A stretch of 64,000 bases of DNA from an uncultured Pseudomonadota bacterium (GTDB taxonomy: Bacteria > Babelota > Babeliae > Babelales > RVW-14), in NCBI GenBank assembly GCA_964527595.1, contig CAZGPI010000003.1, forward strand, positions 1,710 through 65,709, written 5' to 3'. Within the stretch, counting starts at the first letter, position 1. Every line of letters begins with the position of its first letter. The notes beneath the pieces were generated by a model, which saw only the letters and a list, made by a program, of their open reading frames with translations, searched no databases and was not told where the DNA came from. Shown here in pieces: positions 18,661 through 29,631 of this stretch. The position numbers and the translations under genes were made by a program.

Positions 18661-19633
18661 ATTGAGGATCGCGTGCAATTTTGCTGGTAATGCAATAACT
18701 AACGTCCGGGATTGTCTTTATATACTCAAGAATTGATGAAACATTGTTGTCGAGGCACAAAATTTTGACGTTTGGGCCGGCATCGATGGTGAAATAACAA
18801 GGGACATTGTGCTTGGTTCTTAGTTCGATGACGGATTGCATAATAACCTGAGTTGCTGGCGACCAAAAAGTTATTGATGGTTGGCTTGTGTGCATGGTTT
18901 TGTGCATACCGAGGCAATCATCTTCGGCTAGTTGGCCAACAGTACCAAAGTCTTTTTCCGCAAGGGCCTTTTGCATTTTAAGTAAGCGTTGTTCAGATTC
19001 CTTAAGCCATTGAGCATAAAAAGGGCTTGTGTTTACCGAGCTTTGCATCGCAAGGCGCGAACTGATTTTCTTAGGCTCTCCCGATACGACTACCACAATA
19101 ATACGAAATTCAGGCCAATGGTTTGCGGTAAAAAGTTGTTCGGCAATTGAGTCGTGACCGTCCGTTTGTTTGCCTTGGTTCCATATTACAAAGCCGCCAA
19201 AAAGTGAACGGCAGGCCGAACCAGACCCGCGGCGAGCCAGTTCTGATAATTTTGCTCGTGATAATTGTAGATCAAAAAAGGTATTAAGCGCGATAGCAAG
19301 AGCGGCAAAACCGCTGGCGGAGCTAGCTAACCCGGCCGCCGTTGGAAAGTTGTTGCTCGTTGTTATCGCAATTGCTTGGTTGATATTATACATATTTTTA
19401 AAGAGTGTTAAAAAATCCAAAATTGGCTGAGCAATGCGAGGTGTTGCAGTTTCGCCATTTATGATTATTTGGTCGATTAGCTCAGATGTTGAAGCGATGG
19501 TTGTTTGCGTGGCCAAACTACCAAGGCCGACCGATAGACTTGATTTGGTTGGCAGGTGTAAAACTTCGTCTCGTTTTCCCCAGTATTTAATCAAAGCTAT
19601 ATTTGGGTGGGTGATGACGGTGACTGGTTTCAT
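18659..19633 (-). CDS. mvaD: Diphosphomevalonate decarboxylase
   Basis: NIALIKYWGK, NNFPTAAGLASSASGFAA, RRGSGSACRS and FTIDAGPNVK motifs. Confidence 0.95.
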   Translation of the reverse strand: MKPVTVITHPNIALIKYWGKRDEVLHLPTKSSLSVGLGSLATQTTIASTSELIDQIIINGETATPRIAQPILDFLTLFKNMYNINQAIAITTSNNFPTAAGLASSASGFAALAIALNTFFDLQLSRAKLSELARRGSGSACRSLFGGFVIWNQGKQTDGHDSIAEQLFTANHWPEFRIIVVVVSGEPKKISSRLAMQSSVNTSPFYAQWLKESEQRLLKMQKALAEKDFGTVGQLAEDDCLGMHKTMHTSQPSITFWSPATQVIMQSVIELRTKHNVPCYFTIDAGPNVKILCLDNNVSSILEYIKTIPDVSYCITSKIARDPQ

Positions 19634-20175
19634 AATGGGCTTGAGATAGTACTTTGGGGAAATAAAAAAAACGATTGTATTTCTAGAACTTTTTTTTCAA
19701 TGTTTTCACATAAGATGTAGTGTTCAAGCGAAGCGCAACCATAGATTCGTGGGATTTCAGCCACGGTTAAAAGATTCTCAAGAATTATTGCAAAACGCTT
19801 TCTGATAATTGTTTTTTCAATGCCATATGGCGTATATATTGTTTTCAATTTTTCTATTTCGTTAATTGTTTCATTATTAAAAGATGTGCCGAACATAGGG
19901 TTTTCGGCCTCCAGTAATATGAGTTGCGTAATAGCATCAAAAAGATTCTTGCATAGATAAAGCGCTTTTTTTGTGTTTATTACTCGTGGATCCATGATGT
20001 AGACTCTGGCGAATAAGATGATATTATCGAGCGCATACATAAGTGCTGATTGTACTTCATAACCCGATGGTTGTGCGAATGGGATCTCGTAACTTATTGC
20101 TTCTTCTTGTGCCTCATAAGCACCTTGGGCGCTTTGAGTTATTAACAAAAAAATGAGTGCGATTAAGAAAGGCAT
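19630..20175 (-). CDS. Hypothetical secreted protein
   Basis: Signal peptide. The stop overlaps the mvaD start (ATGA). Confidence 0.65.
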   Translation of the reverse strand: MPFLIALIFLLITQSAQGAYEAQEEAISYEIPFAQPSGYEVQSALMYALDNIILFARVYIMDPRVINTKKALYLCKNLFDAITQLILLEAENPMFGTSFNNETINEIEKLKTIYTPYGIEKTIIRKRFAIILENLLTVAEIPRIYGCASLEHYILCENIEKKVLEIQSFFLFPQSTISSPL

Positions 20176-20238
20176 ATAAGCTCCCGCTTTGTTGCATTTG
20201 TTATTTAATTGCAGAGTTTAACGCGAGCTTATTTTTTT

Positions 20239-20952
20239 TCAACGCAAAAGTTTTTTAGTCCAAATAATAATCCATACGAATAAAACGGTGGTTAAAACCG
20301 AATCGAATCGATCAAGGAAACCACCATGTCCTGGCAATATTGTCCCAGCGTCTTTTACGCCGCTGCTTCGTTTAAGTTTTGATATGAACATTCCACCCAG
20401 AAAGGCTATAGTTGTTTGGCAAAGGCAGAAGAGTGTGAAAAATATCCAGCCCATAGTAGGGCCGAGAATATACCAAAAGTCGGCGTAGTATGAAAAAGGG
20501 GCGGCAGTTATTTTTGGAAGAATGAGAAGATTGATGAGCATAATGCCAATCATGCTGCCAATAAAACCTTCCCACGATTTTCCGGGGCTGATGTTTGGAC
20601 ACATCTTATTGCGGCCAATTGCTTTGCCGACAATATAGCCAAAGGTATCGGCGGCCCAGGCAATTAAAAATGGATAGAGAGGGAGCCACATGCTGTCATA
20701 ATGGTATCGATAATTGAGGTAAATGAGACAAGCAAATGGAAAAAATGGGTAAATGATGCTAACAAAAAAATAGCGGATTGGTGAAGTTGGCATGAGTGCC
20801 GGCCACTCAAAAAAGAGTATAACTAAAAGTACTGCGATGAGTAAAAAAGAGAACATGGCAATCGAGTGAAAATATGATCCCGCCATGCATCCGAGTAAAA
20901 CGGCGCCTGAAATACTGCGCATTAAAAATTCTTTATAAGGTAATAAGTTCAT
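20239..20952 (-). CDS. cdsA: Phosphatidate cytidylyltransferase
   Basis: ADTFGY...ISPGKSWEG and KR..GVKDAG.ILPGHGGFLDRFDS motifs. Confidence 0.93.
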   Translation of the reverse strand: MNLLPYKEFLMRSISGAVLLGCMAGSYFHSIAMFSFLLIAVLLVILFFEWPALMPTSPIRYFFVSIIYPFFPFACLIYLNYRYHYDSMWLPLYPFLIAWAADTFGYIVGKAIGRNKMCPNISPGKSWEGFIGSMIGIMLINLLILPKITAAPFSYYADFWYILGPTMGWIFFTLFCLCQTTIAFLGGMFISKLKRSSGVKDAGTILPGHGGFLDRFDSVLTTVLFVWIIIWTKKLLR

Positions 20953-21697
20953 TGTACAAAACCTTTCGTAAACAAAGACCACAACCATCAGCTTTTAACA
21001 GTTTTTGTTGAGGATTTGGGTTAGCAAGCATTTCCTGTATATAGGATACTTGTAAATCTTTGCGGCGTGCAACATCAAGCGCATATCCAATCATTCTACG
21101 TATTTGAAAGCGCAAAAACGATTGGCCTTTTATGGTAACGCGCAGAGCTCCAAAGTGGGGTAGCTTGGTAATGGTTATGTGATCGATAGTGCGAATAGTT
21201 GATTTGTCTTCATCTTCAATTTTGCAAAATGAAGCAAAGTTATGTTTGCCTTCGTAAAAATTAAGCACTTGAGCAAACTTTTCAAAATCAACTCGGTCAA
21301 TAAATTCATAGTGCCAACCAAACCGTGCAAGAAAAGGAAGCGGGCGCTTGAGGAAAAGGTGGTAGTCATATGTTTTTTGTATGACGTTTTTGCACGGATG
21401 AAAGTCGGTTTCGATATGGTGCAATTCTTTGATGTGAATGCTTTTGGGTAGTGCATTGTTCCAAGCATCTTGAATGGTTTTTGCTGGCAGATTGAGATCT
21501 ACGGAAAATTTTGCAACTTGACCAAGAGCATGGACGCCGGTGTCGGTTCTTGAGGCGCCGGCAATACTTATTGATTGTTTGAATACTTTATTAAATGTTT
21601 CCTGAAGACATGATGTAATAGTTTGTGCTTTTGGTTGAATTTGCCAACCAAAAAAATCGGTGCCGTCGTAGGCAATGATAGCTTTAAATTTTTTCAT
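20933..21697 (-). CDS. truA: tRNA pseudouridine(38-40) synthase
   Basis: AYDGTDFFGWQIQ, ASRTDTGVHALGQ and SFLRFQIRRMIG motifs. Confidence 0.95.
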   Translation of the reverse strand: MKKFKAIIAYDGTDFFGWQIQPKAQTITSCLQETFNKVFKQSISIAGASRTDTGVHALGQVAKFSVDLNLPAKTIQDAWNNALPKSIHIKELHHIETDFHPCKNVIQKTYDYHLFLKRPLPFLARFGWHYEFIDRVDFEKFAQVLNFYEGKHNFASFCKIEDEDKSTIRTIDHITITKLPHFGALRVTIKGQSFLRFQIRRMIGYALDVARRKDLQVSYIQEMLANPNPQQKLLKADGCGLCLRKVLYNELITL

Positions 21698-21712
21698 ATA
21701 ATCAATCGTTTC

Positions 21713-21751
21713 AAAAAAAACCCCCATCCAGACGAACGTCTTGGACAGGGG
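21713..21751 (-). terminator. Intrinsic terminator just upstream of truA
   Basis: Minus strand cccctgtccaagacgttcgtctggatggggg followed by T8. Confidence 0.7.
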
Positions 21752-21781
21752 AAATGGAGGTTATCTAATTAATATAAAATT

Positions 21782-21810
21782 ATCTTACACCAGCTCCCAC
21801 GAAAATGCAA
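21782..21810 (-). promoter_or_regulatory. Putative sigma70 promoter
   Basis: Minus strand TTGCAT-17 nt-TAAGAT. Confidence 0.45.
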
Positions 21811-21919
21811 TAGGATTTTTTGAAAATTTTATCAAAATTATTCGCATGAAAAGTTTTCTGATTGTGTGATTTAGTACTGTTTTTTGGTGGCATAGTTACA
21901 CAGGAATTATATGTAAAAA

Positions 21920-23089
21920 TTACAAACGAGTTTTGTTTTTGTCTGAAAAAAGCACAGCTTTTTCGGTATAGATCTTGTGGTAAGATGTAATGGTTTTTTT
22001 TAGCGAAAATCTGTCGGCTACGAGAGCCTTGTTGGCTTTTTGCATTGAAATACGCAAGTCATTGTTTTCACGTAAACTTTTTATAGCCTCGGCAAGTGCT
22101 TGGATATTGTTGGTTGGCACAATGAGTCCATTGACATTGTGTTCGATGACATCGTGTATAGGCGTTTGGTTTGTGGTGATAATGGGAAGCCCAAAGCAAA
22201 GTGCTTCAAGAAGTGCTATTGATAATCCTTCACTTTGAGACGAAAGGACAAAGCAATCGAATAGCGGGTAAAAACTTATAGCATCGGTACGATATCCTAC
22301 AAAGATTACTTTTTCGCTTATCCCAAGGTCTGAACATAACGTTTTAAGCGTTTGTTCTTGGCTGCCACCACCAACGATCATGAGGGTTGTTTTTTTATGA
22401 CTATTTTTACCGCAGGCCGTTCCTTCCTGCACCTCCCTGAAAGCTTTTATAAGTATGTCGTATGACTTAATTGGTTCGAGTCTGCCAAGGGCGCCAATGA
22501 CAAAATCGTTGTCGGTGAGTCCAAAATCGGCACGCTTAAGTTGATGCTTTTGAGCGCGCGAGCAAACCGACGGACAATCAATGCCATTATTGATTGTTAT
22601 TAAGTTATTTGCGAGGTTAGGGTCTTTGAGTTGAGCTATGATGTTTGTATGGTATGTGTCATGCGTTGAAGTAGACACCGCAACGATTTTTGTCGCATAG
22701 CCAACGGTTTGGCGATCAAACCAATTTCTAAATTTACCTTCATCAAAACTATTACCATGGATATCGCAGATAATGGGGAGCGAAAAATATTTTGCCATGA
22801 GTCGACCGATGATATTGGCTGACCATAATGCGCTGTGAATAATATTAGGTTGCTCTTGTTTAATAAGTCGTGCAAGTTTCCAGAGGCCGATTGGGTCAGT
22901 ATAAGAAATTAATCCGGTTATGTGATGCGTCGTAATATTGAGCGCATGAATTTTTTCAAGATTTGGGCCAGGATGAAAATAGGCAACAACATGTTCATGT
23001 GGATTATTATTGGCAGCAGTTAGAAAATTTATCAAAGCGCTTTCCGCGCCACCGATTTTTAGGCTGGTAATGAGATGGAAGATTTTCAT
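21920..23089 (-). CDS. GT4 (GT-B) glycosyltransferase
   Basis: IGGAE, INNGID, LGRLEPIKS and SQSEGLSIALLEAL (EX7E) motifs. Confidence 0.92.
   Translation of the reverse strand: MKIFHLITSLKIGGAESALINFLTAANNNPHEHVVAYFHPGPNLEKIHALNITTHHITGLISYTDPIGLWKLARLIKQEQPNIIHSALWSANIIGRLMAKYFSLPIICDIHGNSFDEGKFRNWFDRQTVGYATKIVAVSTSTHDTYHTNIIAQLKDPNLANNLITINNGIDCPSVCSRAQKHQLKRADFGLTDNDFVIGALGRLEPIKSYDILIKAFREVQEGTACGKNSHKKTTLMIVGGGSQEQTLKTLCSDLGISEKVIFVGYRTDAISFYPLFDCFVLSSQSEGLSIALLEALCFGLPIITTNQTPIHDVIEHNVNGLIVPTNNIQALAEAIKSLRENNDLRISMQKANKALVADRFSLKKTITSYHKIYTEKAVLFSDKNKTRL
22412..22439 (-). repeat. Family B element inside the glycosyltransferase (REVQEGTAC)
   Basis: gcaggccgttccttcctgcacctccctg. Confidence 0.9.
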
Positions 23090-23141
23090 TGCCGGTTTCT
23101 TTTTGGGGAGGAGTAGGAGGGCATTGAGCCCTCCTTACATT

Positions 23142-25724
23142 TTATTCAATTAAGTCGTTTGATGATGATGAATTAGAGCCATCAAATTCTTTTTCAAAGA
23201 ATGTTTGCAGTTTCTTTGCTCGTGATGGGTGCCTGAGTTTGCGCAAGGCTTTGACCTCAATTTGTCGAATACGTTCGCGGGTAACAGAAAAGTCTTTACC
23301 AACTTCTTCAAGCGTATGTTCTGAGGCAACGTCGATACCAAAGCGCATCTTAAGTACTTTTTCTTCACGTGGTGTAAGTGATTTAAGGATTTCACGAACC
23401 TTTTCTTTCAGATCTTCATTAACAACGGCGTCTACTGGTGAGTATTCGTTTTCGTCTTCAATAAAGTCTTTTAGGTATGTGTCATCGCTATCACCAACAG
23501 GGGTTTCAAGAGAAACTGGTTCTTTAGAAATCTTGATAATGTTTTTAATTTTCTTTTCATCAAGATTAAGTTCTTTAGATAGTTCAGCAAATGATGGTTC
23601 TCGTCCCATTTCTTGGACGTAGTTACGCGTAATTTTGTTGATCTTGCTGAGTGTTTCAACCATGTGTACTGGTACGCGGATCGTACGTGACTGATCTGCA
23701 ATTGCACGAGTTATAGCTTGCCTGATCCACCATGTTGCATAGGTTGAAAATTTGAATCCTCGTTCGAATTCAAATTTTTCTACCGCTTTTAATAAACCGA
23801 TGTTTCCCTCTTGGATGAGATCCAAAAAGTGGAGTCCGCGGTTAATGTATTTTTTGGCGATATTGACAACCAATCGAAGGTTTGCTCTAGCCAAGTCGTC
23901 TTTTGCTTCTTTGTCTTTGCGTTGGGAGATTGAAAACGATCTAAAGAGTTTAAGAATTTTTTCTTTAGATAGACCTGATTCAGACTCTGTTTTTTTGACA
24001 ATCTTCTGACCGCTTTTGATTGTTGTTTCAAGTTGGTTTATTTGCTCAAGATCATCTGGTTTCGGATTTTTTAAACCCTTGTAAAATTTAAGTTTTTCTT
24101 CGCAGATCTTGTTTTCGTCTTCGCGTTCCTGGATTTTTGAGACGATCTTTTCTATCTTTTTGCCAAATTTACGGATTTGCTTATTCGAAAGTTTTATGGT
24201 GCGAATCGCGATAATGATTTGGGTGCGGTTATTTTCAACAGCGGCAAACATTTCTTTTTTCTTTGATTCATCACTTAATAAATTGCGGTAGGAGCGATAG
24301 ATTTTATCTTCATTCGCAACAAGGTCTTTGATGCCATTGATCTGTTTAATAAGCTTTTGACGTTCTTCTTCAAATTTAGGTGAGTTGTCTTCGTCAAAAT
24401 CGGAGAACTGAATTATTTCTTTTAAGAAGAGTGGTTCTCGATTTAGTCTTTCTTCTAAGCTCATTAATTCTTTTGCAACAAACGGAAATTGCGAGATTGT
24501 GTCAATCGAATCACGTTTGCCAGCAGCAATTTTATCGGCGATAACTTTTTCGGTAGTTTTGTTGAGCAGAGGAATTTTGCCAATTTCTTTGAGATATAAC
24601 TTAACTGGATCGTTAAGTTGGCTTGGTTCGCTGAGACTTTTAAGCTTTTCAAGCTCTGAGTCTTCTTCTAAATCGCCTGAAAGTTCTATGTGTTCAATAG
24701 ATGTTTCAAGATTTTTTTTCAGTGGATCAAAGGACTGAGCAGATTCTTCGCCGGTTGTTTCAAGGCTTGCTTCATAATCGGTAGGCATCGATTCTAATTC
24801 TTCTTGTGAAATAAGATCGATGTTTTCTTTTTCTAATAAACGGAGTAATTCGTTTGAATCTTCTTCGCTTATTTTGTGCTTTGTGGTGAATGATAGCAAT
24901 TCTTCGTAGGTTAAAACGCCTTCATTTTTACCTTTTTCAAGCAAAAGCTCAACTTGTTTTTCGACGCTTTTGATTGAGTTGACGGCATGATCTTCGCCTT
25001 CATGGATAATGAGATCGGTTGAATCTTCAAGCCCTTCTCCGCCATCATCGTCCATTAGCATTATTGGCTTTTTTAATACTTCTGCTGGAGTTATCTTTTT
25101 TTTAAGCAGGTCTTTTTCTTTTTGTGTCGGGGCTGCTTTTTTTGAAACAGTTTTTTTCCCTGTAGCTGGTTGCTCTTGGCTAAACATAGATTGTTGACCC
25201 TGGTTTTTTTGTGGTGTTTTAGCTTGAATACTTGGGGTCGGTGCAATTACTTTTGGTGCGGGTGCCTTGGCAATAACAGGTTGTGCTTTTATTACAGGAA
25301 GTTTTTTTACAGGTGTTTTTGGTGCTTTGGCCGGTTGAACTGACGGGGTTGCTTTTTTGGGCGCTACGCGAGCAATAATTGGAGCACTTTTTTTAACAAG
25401 AATTTTGCTTGGGGCCTTGATACCTTTTTTGGCAATCGAAGCAGTTACTTTTTTAGCCACTTTTATCGGAGCTGCTTTTTTGATGAAGCGACTTTTGCCA
25501 GGGGCAACTTTCTTAACCACTTTTTTGACTATCTTGCTTACAACTTTATGTTTGCTAGGGGCAACTTTTTTAATAATCTTTTTAACTTTTTTTTGCGTTA
25601 CGCGTGATGGCGCTCGCAAAGCCTTTGTTTTTTTTGGTGTGGCTTTTTTTTGCGTTAGAGCTTTAGCTTTTTTGGTGTGTTTTACCGCCTTACCCCGGTT
25701 TATTTTGACGCGTGCTTTGGTCAT
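23142..25724 (-). CDS. rpoD: Primary sigma factor RpoD with a long Lys/Ala/Pro-rich N-terminal extension
   Basis: [38 protein letters not shown] and TRERIRQIE motifs. Confidence 0.96.
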   Translation of the reverse strand: MTKARVKINRGKAVKHTKKAKALTQKKATPKKTKALRAPSRVTQKKVKKIIKKVAPSKHKVVSKIVKKVVKKVAPGKSRFIKKAAPIKVAKKVTASIAKKGIKAPSKILVKKSAPIIARVAPKKATPSVQPAKAPKTPVKKLPVIKAQPVIAKAPAPKVIAPTPSIQAKTPQKNQGQQSMFSQEQPATGKKTVSKKAAPTQKEKDLLKKKITPAEVLKKPIMLMDDDGGEGLEDSTDLIIHEGEDHAVNSIKSVEKQVELLLEKGKNEGVLTYEELLSFTTKHKISEEDSNELLRLLEKENIDLISQEELESMPTDYEASLETTGEESAQSFDPLKKNLETSIEHIELSGDLEEDSELEKLKSLSEPSQLNDPVKLYLKEIGKIPLLNKTTEKVIADKIAAGKRDSIDTISQFPFVAKELMSLEERLNREPLFLKEIIQFSDFDEDNSPKFEEERQKLIKQINGIKDLVANEDKIYRSYRNLLSDESKKKEMFAAVENNRTQIIIAIRTIKLSNKQIRKFGKKIEKIVSKIQEREDENKICEEKLKFYKGLKNPKPDDLEQINQLETTIKSGQKIVKKTESESGLSKEKILKLFRSFSISQRKDKEAKDDLARANLRLVVNIAKKYINRGLHFLDLIQEGNIGLLKAVEKFEFERGFKFSTYATWWIRQAITRAIADQSRTIRVPVHMVETLSKINKITRNYVQEMGREPSFAELSKELNLDEKKIKNIIKISKEPVSLETPVGDSDDTYLKDFIEDENEYSPVDAVVNEDLKEKVREILKSLTPREEKVLKMRFGIDVASEHTLEEVGKDFSVTRERIRQIEVKALRKLRHPSRAKKLQTFFEKEFDGSNSSSSNDLIE

Positions 25725-27511
25725 ATAAGTCCCCTGCTTTGGATTCCTTGTTTAAGTTTTAAAAAAGTTCCAAGTATTTCGTTAAGGCGTTCTACGTCGT
25801 TTATTTCTCGTGCCGCTTGAATTTCTTCTTTAATCTGTTTAACGATGTTTTTCCAATTGAGCTTGCAAAAACGTGATACCAATTGCTCAAAAGATTCTGA
25901 ACCAGCGGTATCGTCATACTTTAAGCTTACTCGAACAACCCAGGACTTTGTCTGCTCATCTAGACTGTCAAGAAAGGTATTCCAGAGATTATCTGTTCCT
26001 TGTTGCTTGACGGTTTCATATGTTTTAAGCAGTGTCTGCATGCGAGTAGAAAAGTATGGTAGCAATTCATGATCTATTATAAGTGGCGTTTTGTTTTTGC
26101 CAATGTTATTCATTATAACAGAAAATATTTTTTCTTCTAGGACCGAAACGTCTTGTTCTTGTGGTGGTTCATCGGTTGGTGTTGGAGGGGGTGTAATTGG
26201 AGTTCGGGCCTCTTGCTGACTGTGCCGGTGCCGTTGTTTGAGCGTAAGTGCTTTGAGTGACTGTAAGGGCAATTGCATGACATTTGATGCTTGCTGAAGG
26301 AGGATGTCTTGCTTAAATTCGTCGTTAATGCGGGCAATGATATTGGTAATTTTTTCGGCTAAGCCTACCTTTTCAGATAGGGTTTTTTGTAAAAAATTTG
26401 TTGAAAGCGTTTGAATGAAAAAGGTGAAAATATCAAGGGCATTGAGGGTATAGGAGGTTAGGTCTCCATTGCCAACAAGCAGCGACGCAGGATCTTCTTT
26501 GGGCGGGAGTTGGATAACCTTCATCTCCAGATTAACTTCCCAGCAGAGTTCGGTGAGGCGGAGCATGGCATTTTGGCCTGCGTTGTCGCCGTCATAGAGG
26601 ACATAGAGCGTTTTGATGTGCCGTGCGAGCATTTTGAGGTGTTCGTGGGTGCATGCGGTACCTAGGGTTGCCACGGTATTAGTGTAGCCATATTGAACCA
26701 TGGTTATGCAGTCCAGGTATCCCTCGACCAGAAAGGCAAATTCCTTTTCTTGCATAGATTTTTTTGCCAAATCAAAGCCAAACAATATCTTTCCTTTGAT
26801 AAAGCCTTCAGATTCTTTGCTATTGTAGTATTTTGCTCGGTCGTCGCCGGTTTTAAAGATTCGTCCGCCAAATCCACAATGTCGGCCAAGATTGTCGCGA
26901 ATGGGGAAGATGATCCGTTCTTCAAAGGACGAGTAAAACTGAGCTCGACCTTCCATAATGATGCCGTGCTCAAGAAGATCTTTAGCTAGGATGCCTTCTT
27001 TAGCCATCGATTTTAAAAAGGCATTAAGGTTGTTAACCCCGCTGGGAAAATAGCCGATATTGAACCGCTTAACTGTTTCTTGGGTTAGGCCTCGTTGGGC
27101 AATATAGCTTGATGCAAGATGGTCACGCAAAAAGTTTTGATGTGCCCAGGTTGCAACCGATGTACATATATGAAAAAATATCTCTTTTTCTTTGAGCGAC
27201 TGCGATGAACCACCGATTTTTTGGAGCAAATCGTTAGGGACGGCTATTTTGTAGCGGTCGATCATATGGTGTACGGCTTCTATTTGAGACAGATTTTCGG
27301 TTTTAGCGATAAAGGCAATAACGTCGCCAGATGCTTGGCAGCCGAAACAGTAAAAAATTTGTTTATCCGGGCTTACCGTAAATGAGGCATCTTTTTCGGC
27401 GTGGAATGGACAGGGGCCTTTCCAGTAGTTTCCGGCTTGTTTGAGATGTACGTACTCAGAGATAATGTCAACGATAGAAAGGTTCGACTTGATGTAGTTA
27501 AACAGCGACAT
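25721..27511 (-). CDS. dnaG: DNA primase
   Basis: CPFHAEK...FYCFGC Zn finger, KYYNS, VEGYLD and YDGDNAG Toprim motifs. Confidence 0.96.
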   Translation of the reverse strand: MSLFNYIKSNLSIVDIISEYVHLKQAGNYWKGPCPFHAEKDASFTVSPDKQIFYCFGCQASGDVIAFIAKTENLSQIEAVHHMIDRYKIAVPNDLLQKIGGSSQSLKEKEIFFHICTSVATWAHQNFLRDHLASSYIAQRGLTQETVKRFNIGYFPSGVNNLNAFLKSMAKEGILAKDLLEHGIIMEGRAQFYSSFEERIIFPIRDNLGRHCGFGGRIFKTGDDRAKYYNSKESEGFIKGKILFGFDLAKKSMQEKEFAFLVEGYLDCITMVQYGYTNTVATLGTACTHEHLKMLARHIKTLYVLYDGDNAGQNAMLRLTELCWEVNLEMKVIQLPPKEDPASLLVGNGDLTSYTLNALDIFTFFIQTLSTNFLQKTLSEKVGLAEKITNIIARINDEFKQDILLQQASNVMQLPLQSLKALTLKQRHRHSQQEARTPITPPPTPTDEPPQEQDVSVLEEKIFSVIMNNIGKNKTPLIIDHELLPYFSTRMQTLLKTYETVKQQGTDNLWNTFLDSLDEQTKSWVVRVSLKYDDTAGSESFEQLVSRFCKLNWKNIVKQIKEEIQAAREINDVERLNEILGTFLKLKQGIQSRGLI

Positions 27512-27528
27512 TTAGTTTCCTTGCGGCA

Positions 27529-28335
27529 TTAGGAAGTTGCTTTGTGTTTTTTCCAGCTTACGATAATCAGTCCGATAAGGCAGAGCCCAAAAAAAGTTGC
27601 TGAATAGATCTGAGGGGCCGAAAGCATAAAGCTTGTCGATGAACCTAACGAAATTTCGGTTAATTGTCCTCGGTCTCCGCGCCAAAAATCAAGGGTGTAG
27701 CGAGAAATTGACTCAAGGATTAGGTAGATAAACGATAGCTGCCCAGGTTTAGTCGTGCCTATTTTTGCGATAATCATCATGATGATGAAAATGCATAATG
27801 AAGATAAGCCCAGGTATATTTGAGTCGGGTGGAGTGGTAGTTGTAACGGCGCAAATCCGTCAGGATTTGTAAAGGTTATTGACCAAGGAAGGTCTGCGGC
27901 TATTCTGCCGTAACAACAGCCGGCAAATAAACAACCAGATCGGGCAATAGCCTGCATAAGTGGTGCGTATTGGCAGGCAAGGTCTATAAGCTGAAGGGGT
28001 TTGATGCGGTGATATACCAGGTAAATCGGAACGGCTATCAAGACACCAATTATTGATCCAAGTACCGTAAATCCAGGTTCCCAGAGCGCAATTATTTCCA
28101 GAGGATAACGCAAAAAATGTTCCCATTCGCTGAAAACAAACAATAATCTGCCCCCAATAATTCCGGCAAGGAGTCCAAGGAAAACGACATTAAGGTATTG
28201 TTCCCCTGAGATCAATTCAATGCGCTTGGGATGGCGGTAAGTGAGCCATAAAAAGACCAAAAATCCAAAGGCAATCATTACGCCGTATGAGTGAATCCAT
28301 AGTGGACCATAGATATGTAAAAGTTTGGGCAACAT
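27529..28335 (-). CDS. lgt: Prolipoprotein diacylglyceryl transferase
   Basis: HSYGVM, GGRLLF, ARSGCLFAGCCYG, HPTQIY and DFWRGD motifs. Confidence 0.92.
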   Translation of the reverse strand: MLPKLLHIYGPLWIHSYGVMIAFGFLVFLWLTYRHPKRIELISGEQYLNVVFLGLLAGIIGGRLLFVFSEWEHFLRYPLEIIALWEPGFTVLGSIIGVLIAVPIYLVYHRIKPLQLIDLACQYAPLMQAIARSGCLFAGCCYGRIAADLPWSITFTNPDGFAPLQLPLHPTQIYLGLSSLCIFIIMMIIAKIGTTKPGQLSFIYLILESISRYTLDFWRGDRGQLTEISLGSSTSFMLSAPQIYSATFFGLCLIGLIIVSWKKHKATS

Positions 28336-28347
28336 GTTAAATTCCTT

Positions 28348-28376
28348 TAGGGGGTTTCAAGGGGGGATGTCTTGGA
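28348..28376 (+). repeat. Degenerate family C element
   Basis: tagggggtttcaaggggggatgtcttgga. Confidence 0.65.
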
Positions 28377-28461
28377 AGTTAAAATAATCGTTCGCATTAT
28401 GATACAAATTTTTGGAAAAAAAGGATACCGGCGTCTGTTCCGTTATGCTTTTTGTCATCTC

Positions 28462-28546
28462 TTGTCATGCTTGGGCTTGCCCGAGCATCCATCTTAAAAT
28501 TAACCAAATATCAGGATGGACCCCGGATCGAGCCCGGGGTGACAAA
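28462..28546. repeat. Inverted pair of family A elements
   Basis: ttgtcatgcttgggcttgcccgagcatccatc (28462-28493) and gatggaccccggatcgagcccggggtgacaaa (28515-28546). Confidence 0.88.
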
Positions 28547-28551
28547 GAGAC

Positions 28552-29631
28552 TTAAATTTTGTCCAAAATAGTTTGATAAAGCAAGGCCGGGTTGGTCGCC
28601 ACGGTCCTTTGTTCTATCATGGTAAAAAGATGCGGATATTGGGCGCTGATTTCTCTGGCGTTATCAACTTGATGAGATGTAGATGTTGCAATGAGTGGAA
28701 TGACAATACATGGCTTGCCAAAAAAAGCGACCTCAAAAATGGTTCCGGCACCGGCGCGGCAAATGACAAGGTTGGCAAGACCATAAAAATCTTTAACGTG
28801 TTCATAATATGAAAAGGTTAAAGCTGGGATACCGAGCTTTTGGTAAAAATCGGCCCAATTAAAATTATCTAAATTTCCGGTTTGATGAATGACTTGGATT
28901 GATTGCAAGGTGTTATGGTCTACTCCAATCTGCAAAAATTGCTTGAGGGCATTATTGAGCATCAATGAGCCTTGCGAACCACCAAGTAAAAAGATTGTTT
29001 TTCTGCTGGTTTCAAAAGGTAAAGAGTCTTTAGTGATCATGGTGTTAATGTTTTTGATGACCATCAATTTATCAATGTTTTTGTCTTGTTCGGTAAATCT
29101 AATAGGGTAATTACACGGACGGCATTTACGCTCGAAATTCATGCCAAACGCGTGACAATGTTTTTGTGTTGCCTTAAATGGTATATGGATAATATGTGCC
29201 AGCGGCATGAGCAGTTTGACCGCTTTTCCGGGGACAACGTTCAATTCATAAATCTCTATCTTGCTACCAAGTAATCGACCGGCCAAGCACAATGGAATTG
29301 CGATGAGTCCGCCGGTGCTCACGATTTTTGTGGGGCGATGCTTGATAATTATCCAGAAACTTTTACCCAGCGACCAGAGAATTTGAAGCAATATGATCGG
29401 ATAAAGCCAAATCTTTTTTGGACTGAATTTGGCTATTGAAAAATTGATAATTGATGAAATAAAAGGATAATTTTCAAGAATCTTTTTATCAAGTGATGAA
29501 GTACCGGTGCAAAAAATCACATCGCCTTGCGGGTGTTGTTTGTGCCACGAGTTTGAAACAATAAGCGCGGGCAGAATATGTCCGCCAGAACCGCTGGCAA
29601 CGGCGCATAATGTTTCTTGTTTATTGTTCAT
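28552..29631 (-). CDS. murG: MurG-family glycosyltransferase
   Basis: SGSGGHILPA, STGG, ELNVVPG, GGSQGS, CRAGAGTIFE and HQVDNA motifs. Confidence 0.9.
   Translation of the reverse strand: MNNKQETLCAVASGSGGHILPALIVSNSWHKQHPQGDVIFCTGTSSLDKKILENYPFISSIINFSIAKFSPKKIWLYPIILLQILWSLGKSFWIIIKHRPTKIVSTGGLIAIPLCLAGRLLGSKIEIYELNVVPGKAVKLLMPLAHIIHIPFKATQKHCHAFGMNFERKCRPCNYPIRFTEQDKNIDKLMVIKNINTMITKDSLPFETSRKTIFLLGGSQGSLMLNNALKQFLQIGVDHNTLQSIQVIHQTGNLDNFNWADFYQKLGIPALTFSYYEHVKDFYGLANLVICRAGAGTIFEVAFFGKPCIVIPLIATSTSHQVDNAREISAQYPHLFTMIEQRTVATNPALLYQTILDKI

Noticed and set aside
25357..25728. 123-aa hydrophobic ORF on the + strand
   Set aside because: Antisense shadow of the Lys-rich rpoD extension.
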